Notes: generated from the sequence alone by a model not told the origin. A DNA stretch of 64,000 nt from an uncultured Prevotellaceae bacterium (GCA_947167935.1 CAMVJU010000006.1:1750-65749); one strand, 5' to 3'. Counted from the first letter of the stretch, positions 27,296 through 37,169 are shown. Made by a program: numbers and translations.

Positions 27296-28501
27296 ATGGA
27301 AAGTTTATTTAAACGTCATGATGCATACATTTCAAGAGTCCCGATGAAGTACATTCGTGATTTCATGCAACGAGTAAACTGGGATTCACGTCTTATCATC
27401 ATACGTGGCCCCAAGGGGGTGGGCAAGTCTACATTGATGCAGCAATACATCAAGAAGAATTTTGTCTCGGGTGACCGCCATGTACTCTACTGTTCCGCAG
27501 ATACAAACTATTTTGCTGCTCATAGCTTGCTTGACCTTGCCGATAATTTTGTCAAGATTGGTGGTAAATGGCTTTTCATAGACGAAGTGCATAAATATCC
27601 GGGATGGAGTCGGGAAATCAAAGAAATCTATGACCTCTACAGAGAGTTGCACATTGTGCTCAGCGGATCGTCACTCATTCAAATTAATGATGGTCAGGCA
27701 GACTTGTCTCGTCGCATGCTACATTACGACATGCCGGGATTGTCGCTGCGCGAATTCCTCCATCTTGACTTGGGGCTTGACATTAATCCCATTTCCCTAG
27801 ATCAATTGTTAGATAATCCGGCACAGTTTTGTCTTCAGATAACATCATTATGTCATCCGTTAGAACATTTTAGCCGTTATCTGCAATTTGGGTATTACCC
27901 TTTCTATTTTGAACAGAAACAGGATTATTACGATAAGTTAGAAAATGCTGTAAACTATATCATTGACGTTGAACTGACTAGATATCGAAGTCTTGATGTG
28001 GGATACACGCGTCAAGTTAAGGCGCTGCTGCATATTATATCACAAATGACGCCATACGAGGTCGATATCGCAAAACTCTCGAAAGCATCAGGTATTAGCA
28101 GGCTATCTACCCTCAAATATATTACTCATCTGGAAGAGGCGAGCCTGATTCGCCGACTATTTACCGATTTGAAACGAGTTACAGATCTTCAGAAACCAGA
28201 TAAGATATATCTTGACAACACCAACCTGCTGTATACGCTCAGTCCCGAGAAACCAGAGATTGGTACGGTGCGTGAAACATTCTTTGCCAATCAGTTGGCT
28301 TCTGCAGGACACCAAGTGGAGTATGCTGGCTACAAGAGTGGAGATTTCCGCATAGATGGTGACACTGTGGTTGAAGTTGGTGGTGCCGACAAAGGCTTTA
28401 ATCAATTGGCAGGCCAGGATCATTCATTTGTAGCAGCTGATGATATTGACTCTGCGTACTTTAGAAAGATTCCCCTTTGGGCGTTCGGTTTCTTGTATTA
28501 G
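27296..28501 (+). CDS. AAA_14 / DUF4143 ATP-binding protein
   Basis: GPKGVGKST, FIDEVH, SGSS, KIYLDNTNL, RETFF, GDF..VEVGG. Confidence 0.9.
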   Translation: MESLFKRHDAYISRVPMKYIRDFMQRVNWDSRLIIIRGPKGVGKSTLMQQYIKKNFVSGDRHVLYCSADTNYFAAHSLLDLADNFVKIGGKWLFIDEVHKYPGWSREIKEIYDLYRELHIVLSGSSLIQINDGQADLSRRMLHYDMPGLSLREFLHLDLGLDINPISLDQLLDNPAQFCLQITSLCHPLEHFSRYLQFGYYPFYFEQKQDYYDKLENAVNYIIDVELTRYRSLDVGYTRQVKALLHIISQMTPYEVDIAKLSKASGISRLSTLKYITHLEEASLIRRLFTDLKRVTDLQKPDKIYLDNTNLLYTLSPEKPEIGTVRETFFANQLASAGHQVEYAGYKSGDFRIDGDTVVEVGGADKGFNQLAGQDHSFVAADDIDSAYFRKIPLWAFGFLY

Positions 28502-28538
28502 TATCCCTCTGTCATGTGACTTTTGTGCAATTCTGCAT

Positions 28539-28979
28539 TTACCCGAAGTCCCAATCCTCGACGTAGTGGTCGAAACGGATGCCGTCGGTGCTGCCGAACT
28601 TGGCCAGGATCTTCATAATCTCTTCCTGCTTTTCTGGGTAGATCTTGTTTTCGCCGTGATGGGCTCGGTAGTAGGGACCATTGCCTCCACTAAACGACAA
28701 ACGTACACAACGACGGGCCTTGGCCTTTTCCCATTGTGTGACATTGTCATAGAGATGTGTGAAGCCCCACGCTTTCTGCACAAGGCGCTTCTCGCGGAAA
28801 TACTTGCATTCGCCGCCCTGCCAGGCCGTGGGATAGACGGCTGGGCCATGATGATGATCTTCAGGCAACAGCAGCCCAGCCTGATAATGCATGCAACTCG
28901 ATCTCTTTGTGCACTCATCGTTGAAGCACAAGGGATATCCCATTGGAATATCTTCGTATGTCAGTTTCTTCTCTTCCAT
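28539..28979 (-). CDS. DUF6078-like Cys-rich protein
   Basis: CFNDEC..SC, CKYF..AWGF, PEKQEEI, FDHY. Confidence 0.75.
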   Translation of the reverse strand: MEEKKLTYEDIPMGYPLCFNDECTKRSSCMHYQAGLLLPEDHHHGPAVYPTAWQGGECKYFREKRLVQKAWGFTHLYDNVTQWEKAKARRCVRLSFSGGNGPYYRAHHGENKIYPEKQEEIMKILAKFGSTDGIRFDHYVEDWDFG

Positions 28980-29002
28980 ATCCGTGTGACTGTCTCAGCA
29001 TG

Positions 29003-29178
29003 CAAAGATACGAATAAACGAGTAAAGTGCAAAAAGAATCTTACTTTTTTTCCCTGCATTATAGCCGCCCCTTATCAAGGGGCTCTAAATCTTTTTGCAC
29101 TTTCGAGTGAAAGTATCTTCTTAAGGCTCGCTTTGCTCGAATAAGCGCCGCAAGCGTCGAGCGCGACGAAGTCAAAGG
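29003..29178. other. Hairpin element over the DUF6078 promoter, related to 21865-21979
   Basis: caaagata start; aaagtgcaaaaaga/tctttttgcacttt inverted repeat; tatctt; ends cgacgaagtcaaagg. Confidence 0.65.
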
Positions 29179-29217
29179 CATAAATTATCAATTGAAGAAT
29201 CAAAAAAAATAATTTAA

Positions 29218-29635
29218 CTCTACTAAATCAATATAACTATCAAATAATAAAGTTTTTATGTAAATATTTACATCTATAAAAGTCCTACTTTACTTCTACT
29301 TTGCCTCTACATAACATCTATTTGCCATCTGTGTTCACTTAAAAAGAAGGATGTTGTGCAAGAATGGCTTTACTGCCTGCAAAATGAGCTACACGCCAAT
29401 TATTCCCAGCGTGGGAATGAAATATTCCCAGCTTGGGAATGAAGTGTTCCCACGTTGGGAATAATAGCCAGGCCATGAGTAATTCTCGTAAAGTGGCTTC
29501 GCTTTAAGTAGGGCTTTTGTAGAGGTTTTATAGAACTAATGTAGAAGTAAAATAGATGAAAAAAATGATGAAAATATTTGTAAATACAAATGAAAATCAG
29601 TATCTTTGCAGGCGATTATCTAATCATTAGTAGAG
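29218..29635. repeat. Mirror-symmetric phased repeat region (origin-like)
   Basis: 6x11-bp units 29271-29336; 3x22-bp palindromes 29402-29467; 5x11-bp inverted units 29508-29562; outer ctctactaa/ttagtagag. Confidence 0.85.
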
Positions 29636-29679
29636 GTAGAAGAACAATAGTTTAGAGTTTAGAGTTATAGGTTAAGAAT

Positions 29680-31845
29680 ATGAAGATTAGTTTATTGAAA
29701 ATAGCACGTAAAAAGGAAGTCATCAAACGTATAGAGTTGGAAGAGCTCGCTGAGATGATCCGCAAGAATCCGGAAGAGAACAAGGTGTTCAACCTGCGAC
29801 TGAACTACCAGTTTTATAAGGCCCAGCGGATGGGTGACGGGCAGATTACCCTGGACGACCAGCACACCGTGAATCTGCCACGCATTCTCTTTGCCGCCGA
29901 ATGTATGAACTACAAGGAGATGGCAAAAGGACTCCGATACAATGGTTTGGTGGTCGTAGAAGTGAACGGCCTGAAGACGTATGAGGAGGCCGTGCGGATA
30001 AGGAATAGGGCAGCGAGGCTGGAAGAGACGGTGATGGCATTCCTTGGGGCATCGGGAAAATCGGTGAAGATTGTATGTCGAGGGGAGCTGTTTGGGAAGA
30101 CTCTCCCCCAACCCCTCCCTGTGAGGGAGGGGAGTGAAGACCATACACTGCCCACAAAGGAGGATGATGTCAGGCAGTTCCATAAGAATCTGTATGAGAC
30201 GGCGCGCAGAGCCTATCAGAACCAGTTCGGTTTCGACATCGAATATCTGGAGCCGATGCTGGAGCGGACGGTGTATATGAGTGCCGATCCGGAGATGTAT
30301 TTCAATCCTAAAGCGCGTCCCTTCAAGGCCGACGCGGAGAAACACGACCAGCCAGAGCCGACACCCATCTCGTGGGAGAGCGACCTGCTGATGCCTGGTC
30401 GCACCATCAAGCGTACCTATCATTTCAACTGGGTGTTCATTCTGCGTGAGGTGCTGGGCGACTATTTCGACCTGCCCGACGAGGACCGTCAGATGCAGCT
30501 GTTGCAGCAGATTGCCCGCAAGTCGCTGGAACAGGGCATCCCCCTCGCCCATGCACAGGGAATGACGCTGGAACATCCGTTGTTTCATAATGACCCCGAG
30601 CTGGTGAAGAGTGTCTTCGCCACCACTTACGAGGTGACGCTGATGGAGGACTATCGCAAGAAGCATAAGATGAAGCCGCTGAAGAGCGTGTCTCAGGAGA
30701 CACTGCAGACCATGCGTACGGAGATTTTCCTCACCGCCAACTATGACATGCGCAAGAATCTGATGACGGGCGTGGCCGAATATCGCATGAAATATTCTGA
30801 GAATCAGACGTTTAAACCGCTGACCATAGAGGTGCGCAACGATATGACCATCGAGGCCCGCGAGCAGGGTCTGAAGTCGTGGGACCAGGACGTGAACCGC
30901 TTTATCGACTCGACACGTATCGAGCAGTACGACCCCGTGAACACCTGGCTCGACCAGTTGCCGGAGTGGGATGGGGTAGACCGTATTAAGGAACTCGCGA
31001 AACGAGTGCCTACTGAGCAGCCGCATTGGGAGAAATACCTGAAGTACTGGCTTGTGGGTATGGTGGCTCAGTGGCGCGAGAGTGACAAGCAGTTGACTGG
31101 CAATGCGCTGACACCTCTGCTGATTGGCCGTCAGGGTTGTGGAAAGACACGTTTCTGCAAGATCCTGCTGCCCCCCGAGCTGCGCGACTACTATAACGAC
31201 AAGCTGAACTTCAAGAACGAGTTCGATCTGAACATCGCGCTCACCTCGTTTGCGCTGATCAACATCGACGAGTTCGACAAGACCACCAACTCGCAGCAGA
31301 TTGTGCTGAAGTACCTGCTGTCGTCGGCCGACGTGAAGTTCCGTCCGCCCTACGGCAAGACCATCAAACAGTACAGGCGCTACACCTCGTTCATCGGCAC
31401 CACCAATCAGATGCAGCCGCTGGTGGATCCCACGGGTTCGCGTCGCTTTGTCTGCGTGGGTATTCCCAACGGGATGAACATCGACTTCACCGACAATCTC
31501 GACCATCGCCAGCTCTACGCCCAGGCCCTATACCTATTTAATAAAGGGGAGCGGTTCTGGCTGGAGGATGACGAGATACAGACGCTGATTGAGGAGAACG
31601 TGCCCTATCAGCGAACCGTCGACTTGGTGGAGATGATCAACGAGACCTTCCGCAAGCCCAAGGACGGCGAGGGACGCTGGTGGGGAACCACAGAAATCCT
31701 CTCCACCTTCGCCAACCGCTATGCCTATTTCGACGCCAAACGCACCACGCCAACCGTACTGGGCAAGGCGATGAACAACTTCCGCTTCAGCTTCCGTCAC
31801 CGCATGGTCAACGGCTGCTCGGAATACTGGCTCTGCGAGAAATAG
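29680..31845 (+). CDS. BT4734/BF3469-like N-domain plus VapE/VirE P-loop ATPase
   Basis: YNGLVVVEV, AFLGASGKSVKI, GRQGCGKT, INIDEFD, SFIGTTN, DPTGSRRF; -7 box at 29601-29608. Confidence 0.88.
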   Translation: MKISLLKIARKKEVIKRIELEELAEMIRKNPEENKVFNLRLNYQFYKAQRMGDGQITLDDQHTVNLPRILFAAECMNYKEMAKGLRYNGLVVVEVNGLKTYEEAVRIRNRAARLEETVMAFLGASGKSVKIVCRGELFGKTLPQPLPVREGSEDHTLPTKEDDVRQFHKNLYETARRAYQNQFGFDIEYLEPMLERTVYMSADPEMYFNPKARPFKADAEKHDQPEPTPISWESDLLMPGRTIKRTYHFNWVFILREVLGDYFDLPDEDRQMQLLQQIARKSLEQGIPLAHAQGMTLEHPLFHNDPELVKSVFATTYEVTLMEDYRKKHKMKPLKSVSQETLQTMRTEIFLTANYDMRKNLMTGVAEYRMKYSENQTFKPLTIEVRNDMTIEAREQGLKSWDQDVNRFIDSTRIEQYDPVNTWLDQLPEWDGVDRIKELAKRVPTEQPHWEKYLKYWLVGMVAQWRESDKQLTGNALTPLLIGRQGCGKTRFCKILLPPELRDYYNDKLNFKNEFDLNIALTSFALINIDEFDKTTNSQQIVLKYLLSSADVKFRPPYGKTIKQYRRYTSFIGTTNQMQPLVDPTGSRRFVCVGIPNGMNIDFTDNLDHRQLYAQALYLFNKGERFWLEDDEIQTLIEENVPYQRTVDLVEMINETFRKPKDGEGRWWGTTEILSTFANRYAYFDAKRTTPTVLGKAMNNFRFSFRHRMVNGCSEYWLCEK
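30098..30134 (+). repeat. REP-like palindrome in frame in VapE
   Basis: agactctcccccaacccctccctgtgagggaggggag, translated TLPQPLPVREGS. Confidence 0.85.
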
Positions 31846-31859
31846 TGCCCGTTGTTATT

Positions 31860-33149
31860 TTATCCAGGAAACCCATCTTTGAGGATCCATTTCCATAGTG
31901 GCATCACCTCGATGGTGCCAAACTCATCAGTAATGGTATCAAATTCGTCGTAAGTTAGAATGACGCGGCGATTGCATTCGAGCGCATTTGGAATCTTCTT
32001 CAAAGCATCAACCTCGCGGTCATAAGTTGAATCAGCTTGTGAGAAGCTATATGATGCCTGAATGGCAAGCTTTTCTTCAGGAATATAGAAGTCAACCTCG
32101 ACCTTGTCATTATAGAAGAATACGCGTTCGTTATCCTTATCATGTCCATACTTGCGGAACAGGGTCAGCGCAGTCAGGTTCTCAAGCAGTGCAGTATCGC
32201 TATCCAGCAGGAAGAGGTGAAGTACGCCATTGTCGATAAAGTAGTATTTACATAGTGACTCCTTGTCGGCAAATGCAGCAGATATATTGCGCAGACGAAG
32301 CAAAAGCCATGCTGACTCGCTGTATTCAATGTATTTGCTTACGGTGGGCATAGTTATCTTACCGCTAACTGATGACAGTACGTTTGAGAGGCGGTTATAC
32401 GAAATGGGCTGTTTGACGCTCTCTGCAATTTTCTTAAGAAGCAGGCGCAGAAGATTTGCATTCGAAATCTTGTTGCGGTTAACGATGTCGCCCAGATATA
32501 TCTTCTGCAGGGTACTGGTCAGATAGTCACGCTTGACACTCAGAGAAACAGACTCAGGCAGGCCTCCCCAATCGAAATACTCTTTCCAAGAACGAAGCAT
32601 CTTTGCACGCGATTCAGTGGCTAGTAAACTGTTTTCATCGTAAGGCACTTCCTTAATCTTGAGGAATTCCTGGAAACTATAGGGGTAGACCTCAGTAGAG
32701 AGATAGCGGCCACCCAAAGTGGTCATAATCTCCGATGACAGCATCTTGGCATTGCTACCAGTGATCCAAACCTTATATTTGGCATCGGCCAGACGACGGG
32801 CGAACTTCTCCCAGCCATCGATGTTCTGCACCTCGTCAAGGAACAGCATGGGGCGCTTGTCGTACATTTCTGCATGGCACTCCAGAATCAGTTCAAAGTC
32901 CTCAGACTTGAGATCTGCCAGACGGTCATCCTCAAAGTTAAGATAAAGCATGTCTTCCCAGCTGTGTCCTTCGGCCAGCATCTGCTGCATCTTCTGATAG
33001 AGCATAAACGACTTCCCAGCCCTTCGAACACCGATAAACACACGACGTTCGAACTCGTCGGAGGGTAATTCACGAGGCACAATCTGATATTGTTCTACAT
33101 CCTTTTGATTGGATGCCAGAATCTGTTTTAATACTGCTTTGCTAATCAC
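31860..33149 (-). CDS. AAA_14 / DUF4143 ATP-binding protein
   Basis: GVRRAGKS, FLDEVQ, TGSNA, GGLPE, KYYFIDNG, EVDF. Confidence 0.9.
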   Translation of the reverse strand: MISKAVLKQILASNQKDVEQYQIVPRELPSDEFERRVFIGVRRAGKSFMLYQKMQQMLAEGHSWEDMLYLNFEDDRLADLKSEDFELILECHAEMYDKRPMLFLDEVQNIDGWEKFARRLADAKYKVWITGSNAKMLSSEIMTTLGGRYLSTEVYPYSFQEFLKIKEVPYDENSLLATESRAKMLRSWKEYFDWGGLPESVSLSVKRDYLTSTLQKIYLGDIVNRNKISNANLLRLLLKKIAESVKQPISYNRLSNVLSSVSGKITMPTVSKYIEYSESAWLLLRLRNISAAFADKESLCKYYFIDNGVLHLFLLDSDTALLENLTALTLFRKYGHDKDNERVFFYNDKVEVDFYIPEEKLAIQASYSFSQADSTYDREVDALKKIPNALECNRRVILTYDEFDTITDEFGTIEVMPLWKWILKDGFPG

Positions 33150-33300
33150 TTCTTCAAACTTCCATTTTGAATTTCTGCCGCAAAGTTATAAACATTAATT
33201 TGAAAATCAAGGGATTTCTTCAAAAAATCACATTTTCGGCATAAAAATCCAAAGAAAAATCACATTTTTAGTATATTTTCCCCAATTATTCCATCCTATA

Positions 33301-33370
33301 GCCAACCTTACTACCTTACAACCTTACACCTTACAACCTTACAATAAGGCCCCAATTTCGGGGGCTTTTT
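33301..33370 (-). repeat. Island repeat copy 3 (inverted)
   Basis: Reverse complement aaaaagcccccgaaattggggccttattgtaaggttgtaaggtgtaaggttgtaaggtagtaaggttggc. Confidence 0.9.
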
Positions 33371-33503
33371 GTGTGATGTGTGTCAGTAGGGGGGCGGATC
33401 ATCAGGAAGGATGGTGAGGGGCGAAGAATTTTTTTAGTTGATAGTTGATATGAATTGAAAAAATAATCGTATCTTTGCAGCATCAAACCTAAAATGAGTT
33501 ACA

Positions 33504-34961
33504 ATGACAATGATGAGAAGACTGATATTCGTGATGACACTCGCCGCTCTGGCCATGACGGCTGAGGCGAAGGTGCGCCTGCCACACATGATTGGCGACA
33601 ACATGGTGGTGCAGCAGCAGACGGAGGTGAGGCTCTGGGGATGGGACAAGCCGAAGCAGAAGGTGACGGTGACTACCTCGTGGAGCACGGAGCAGGCAAC
33701 GGCCACCACGGACAAGGACGGCCGATGGCTGGTGAAGGTGAAGACGCCGAAAGCGAGCTTCGAGCCGCAGACGATTACCTTCGACGACGGCGAGGCGGTC
33801 AGCATCAGCAATGTGCTCGTGGGCGAGGTGTGGGTGTGCGCAGGTCAGTCGAACATGGAGATGCCTGTGAAGGGCTTCGGCAACTGTCCTGTGGAAGACC
33901 ACAACGAGGTGATTCTCGACGCCGTGAACCATCCGGGCGTGCGCTCGCTGAAGATTCCCAGCACGATGCGCATGGAGCCGCAGGACGACGCGCAATGCCA
34001 GTGGCAGGTGTGCTCGCCGCTGACGGTGGGCGAGTTTTCGGCTACGGGCTATTTCTTCGCCCGCCTGCTGAGCAAGTCGCTCAACATGCCCGTGGGCATC
34101 ATCGAGGCGAACAAGGGCGGCTCGCGTGTGGAGAGCTGGCTGACGAAGGAGAACCTGCAGAAACATACCCAGGAGCCGACGGACACGATGGGCATCGTGA
34201 ACTTCAAGCCTGAGTACGACTACCAGCGCGCGTTGCTGTGGGGCAACGGCACGTTCAACCCGATTCTGAACTACACGGTGAAGGGCATCCTCTTCTATCA
34301 GGGCTGTTCCAACGTGGGCGACCCCGGCAACCAGTATTCCGAGCGCCTGAAGCTGCTGGTGGAGCAGTGGCGAGGTCAGTTTGGCTTGGGCGAGATTCCC
34401 TTCTACTTCGTGGAGATTGCGCCTTTCCACTACGACAACGTGAACGCTGACAATGCTGCCCGCCTGCGTGAACAGCAGTATCGTGCGCAGCAGATCATCC
34501 CCAACAGCTCGCTGGTGAGCACCAACGACCTTGTCTATCCCTACGAGACGACGCAGATTCACCCTGCACAGAAGCGGCAGGTGGGCGAGCGACTGGCATA
34601 CACGGCCCTGAACCGCGACTACGGCTTTGAGCAGGTGTGGTATAAGAGCTCGTCGTTCAAGGACATGACGGTGAAGGACGGCAAGGTGTACATCCACCTG
34701 CAGGACGAGTATGGCGCCATGAGCCGCTTCGAGGACATCGTGGGCTTTGAGGTGGCTGGCGACGACCGTGTGTTCCATCCTGCCCATGCACAGCACTTCT
34801 GGCAGCCGGGCGGCGGCTATTGGGACGAGGCCATCGTGGTGAGCTCGCCGGAGGTGGCGAAGCCTGTGGCCGTACGCTACTGCTTCAAGAACTTCCAGAT
34901 AGGCAACGTGAAGAATGGCGCAGGGCTGCCGCTCTTCCCCTTCCGCACGGATAACTGGTAA
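33504..34961 (+). CDS. Sialate O-acetylesterase family (SGNH) protein
   Basis: Signal peptide; GEVWVCAGQSNME, FYQGCSN, IHPAQKRQVGERLA, PFRTDNW. Confidence 0.9.
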   Translation: MTMMRRLIFVMTLAALAMTAEAKVRLPHMIGDNMVVQQQTEVRLWGWDKPKQKVTVTTSWSTEQATATTDKDGRWLVKVKTPKASFEPQTITFDDGEAVSISNVLVGEVWVCAGQSNMEMPVKGFGNCPVEDHNEVILDAVNHPGVRSLKIPSTMRMEPQDDAQCQWQVCSPLTVGEFSATGYFFARLLSKSLNMPVGIIEANKGGSRVESWLTKENLQKHTQEPTDTMGIVNFKPEYDYQRALLWGNGTFNPILNYTVKGILFYQGCSNVGDPGNQYSERLKLLVEQWRGQFGLGEIPFYFVEIAPFHYDNVNADNAARLREQQYRAQQIIPNSSLVSTNDLVYPYETTQIHPAQKRQVGERLAYTALNRDYGFEQVWYKSSSFKDMTVKDGKVYIHLQDEYGAMSRFEDIVGFEVAGDDRVFHPAHAQHFWQPGGGYWDEAIVVSSPEVAKPVAVRYCFKNFQIGNVKNGAGLPLFPFRTDNW

Positions 34962-34997
34962 CATTGACCATTGAACATTGACCATTGAACATTGACC
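34960..34997 (+). repeat. Heptamer tract (aacattg/accattg), intergenic
   Basis: Alternating units starting at the esterase stop codon. Confidence 0.85.
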
Positions 34998-35003
34998 GAT
35001 AAT

Positions 35004-37160
35004 ATGATAAACCGACAACTACTGGAACCTGAGAGCATCGTCGTGATAGGCGGCTCGAACAATGTGCACAAACCGGGCGGCGCTGTGGTGCGCAACCTGA
35101 TGAGCGGCGGCTATAGCGGCGTGCTGCGTGTGGTGAATCCCAAGGAAGACGAGGTGCAGGGTATCAAGGCCTTCCACGACGCCCGCGAGCTGCCACCCAC
35201 CGACTTGGCCATCCTCGTGGTGGCTGCCCGATTCTGTCCCGACTATGTGGAGCTGCTGGCGAGAGAGAAGGACGTACGCGCGTTCATTATTATATCAGCC
35301 GGATTCAGCGAGGAAACGCCCGAGGGTGCCCAGTTGGAGCAACGCATCCTCGACACCTGCGAGCAGTATGGCTGTGCGCTGATAGGCCCCAACTGCATCG
35401 GCCTGCTCACGCGCTGGCATCACTCGGTGTTCACCAAGCCCATTCCGCAGCTCAATCCGCGTGGTGTCGACTTCATCAGCGGCTCGGGCGCTACGGCCGT
35501 CTTCATCCTGGAGAGCGCCGTCACGAAGGGCCTGCAGTTCAACTCGGTGTGGAGCGTGGGCAACGGCAAGCAGATAGGCATCGAGAGCGTGCTGGAATAT
35601 ATGGACGAGCACTTCGACGCAGAACGTGACTCGATGGTGAAGCTGCTCTATATCGAGAACATCGCCGACCCCGACAAGCTGCTCTTCCACGCCACGAGCC
35701 TCATACGCAAGGGCTGTCGCATCGCCGCCATCAAGGCTGGCTCGTCGGCAGCAGGCAGTCGTGCCGCCAGCAGTCATACGGGTGCCATCGCCTCCTCCGA
35801 CAGCGCCGTCGAGGCCCTCTTCCGCAAGGCTGGCATCGTGCGTTGCTACGGCAGGGAGGAGCTGACCACGGTGGGCTGTATCTTCACGCTGCCCCGTTTC
35901 ATAGGCAAGAACTTCGCCATCGTCACCCACGCCGGAGGCCCTGGCGTGATGCTGACCGATGCTTTGTCGAAGGGAGGCATGCAGGTGCCGCCAATCCCCG
36001 CTGAGGTGGCCAACGAGCTGAAGACGAAGCTCCTGCCTGGCAGCAGCGTGGCCAATCCCATCGACATCCTGGCAACGGGTGGGGCAGAGCACTTGGGCAT
36101 CGCCATCGACTACTGCGAGAAGGCCGAGGATATCGACGCCATCATGGTCATCTTCGGCACGCCTGGCTTGGTGAAGATTTTCGAGGTGTACGACGTGCTC
36201 GACAAGAAGATTCGCGAGTGCAGCAAGCCCATCTTCCCCGTCCTGCCCAGTGTGAGCACAGCAGGCCCTGAGGTGCAGGAGTTCCTGAAGCGCGGCCACG
36301 TGAACTTCAGCGACGAGGTGACGCTGGCCACCGCCCTCACGCAGATTATGAAGACGCCCGCACCTGCCGAGCAGAACGTGGTGATCAACGGGGTGGATGT
36401 GCCAAGAATCAGACGGATTATCGACAGCCTCCAGACCCACCCCCAACCCCTCCCTGCAGGGAGGGGAGGAGATACTTCTTTAGCTGAAAACACAGGCTTG
36501 CAAGGTAATAGCGCCCCTCCCTCACAGGGAGGGGAAAGGGGGTGGGTCTCTCCCTCTATCGTACACGAACTGCTCTCTGCCGCTGGCATCCCCACCGTTC
36601 CTGAGTTCGTCAGCGACAAGAAGGAGGAGGTGCTGGCCTTTGCCGAGAAGACGGGCTTCCCCGTGGTGGCGAAGGTGGTAGGCCCCGTGCATAAGAGCGA
36701 CGTGGGCGGCGTGGCGCTGAACATCCGCTCGAAGGAGGTGCTGAGCGCTGAGTTCGACCGCATGATGCAGATTCCTGACGCTACGGCCGTGATGGTGCAG
36801 AAGATGATTCGCGGCACGGAGCTGTTCATCGGCGCGAAGTATGAGCCGAGGTTCGGCCACGTGGTGCTCTGCGGCCTTGGCGGCATCTTCGTCGAGGTGC
36901 TGAAGGACGTCTCGTCAGGCCTTGCGCCATTGAGCTATGAGGAGGCCTACTCGATGATCCGTTCGCTGCGCGGCTACAAGATCCTGAAGGGCACTCGCGG
37001 CCAGAAGGGCATCAACGAGCGCAAGTATGCCGAGATTATCGTAAGGCTCTCGACCCTGCTGCGCTTTGCCACAGAAATCAAGGAAATGGACATCAACCCG
37101 CTGCTGGCCGACGAACAGGACGTCATTGCCGTCGATGCCCGCATACTCGTGGAGAAATAA
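35004..37160 (+). CDS. Acetate--CoA ligase (ADP-forming) family protein
   Basis: GPNCIG, SHTGAIA, NPID, HKSDVGGV ATP-grasp, MDINPL. Confidence 0.9.
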   Translation: MINRQLLEPESIVVIGGSNNVHKPGGAVVRNLMSGGYSGVLRVVNPKEDEVQGIKAFHDARELPPTDLAILVVAARFCPDYVELLAREKDVRAFIIISAGFSEETPEGAQLEQRILDTCEQYGCALIGPNCIGLLTRWHHSVFTKPIPQLNPRGVDFISGSGATAVFILESAVTKGLQFNSVWSVGNGKQIGIESVLEYMDEHFDAERDSMVKLLYIENIADPDKLLFHATSLIRKGCRIAAIKAGSSAAGSRAASSHTGAIASSDSAVEALFRKAGIVRCYGREELTTVGCIFTLPRFIGKNFAIVTHAGGPGVMLTDALSKGGMQVPPIPAEVANELKTKLLPGSSVANPIDILATGGAEHLGIAIDYCEKAEDIDAIMVIFGTPGLVKIFEVYDVLDKKIRECSKPIFPVLPSVSTAGPEVQEFLKRGHVNFSDEVTLATALTQIMKTPAPAEQNVVINGVDVPRIRRIIDSLQTHPQPLPAGRGGDTSLAENTGLQGNSAPPSQGGERGWVSPSIVHELLSAAGIPTVPEFVSDKKEEVLAFAEKTGFPVVAKVVGPVHKSDVGGVALNIRSKEVLSAEFDRMMQIPDATAVMVQKMIRGTELFIGAKYEPRFGHVVLCGLGGIFVEVLKDVSSGLAPLSYEEAYSMIRSLRGYKILKGTRGQKGINERKYAEIIVRLSTLLRFATEIKEMDINPLLADEQDVIAVDARILVEK
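36433..36549 (+). repeat. REPIN-like element in frame at the domain junction of the acyl-CoA synthetase
   Basis: Inverted arms 36433-36468 and 36512-36549; translated THPQPLPAGRGG...PPSQGGERGWVS. Confidence 0.88.
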
Positions 37161-37169
37161 TAAACATAG

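Larger units (their letters stand above)
20886..33370. mobile_element. Accessory/defence island with no integrase visible
   Basis: Fic, R-M, DUF1016 remnant, AAA ATPases, DUF6078, VapE; several genes visibly AT-richer than the flanks; bounded by copies of one repeat. Confidence 0.65.

Noticed and set aside
29402-29467. CRISPR array
   Set aside because: The palindromes are separated by only about 5 similar bases, there are no unique spacers, and no cas genes are present.
29692-31506. 604-aa antisense ORF
   Set aside because: Shadow of VapE caused by codon bias; no motifs.
20886-33370. Prophage or ICE
   Set aside because: No integrase, structural, relaxase or conjugation genes seen.
33489-35018. 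509-aa antisense ORF (likewise 19570-20838, 35295-36446, 16934-17872)
   Set aside because: These overlap well-supported genes on the other strand and have shadow-ORF composition.
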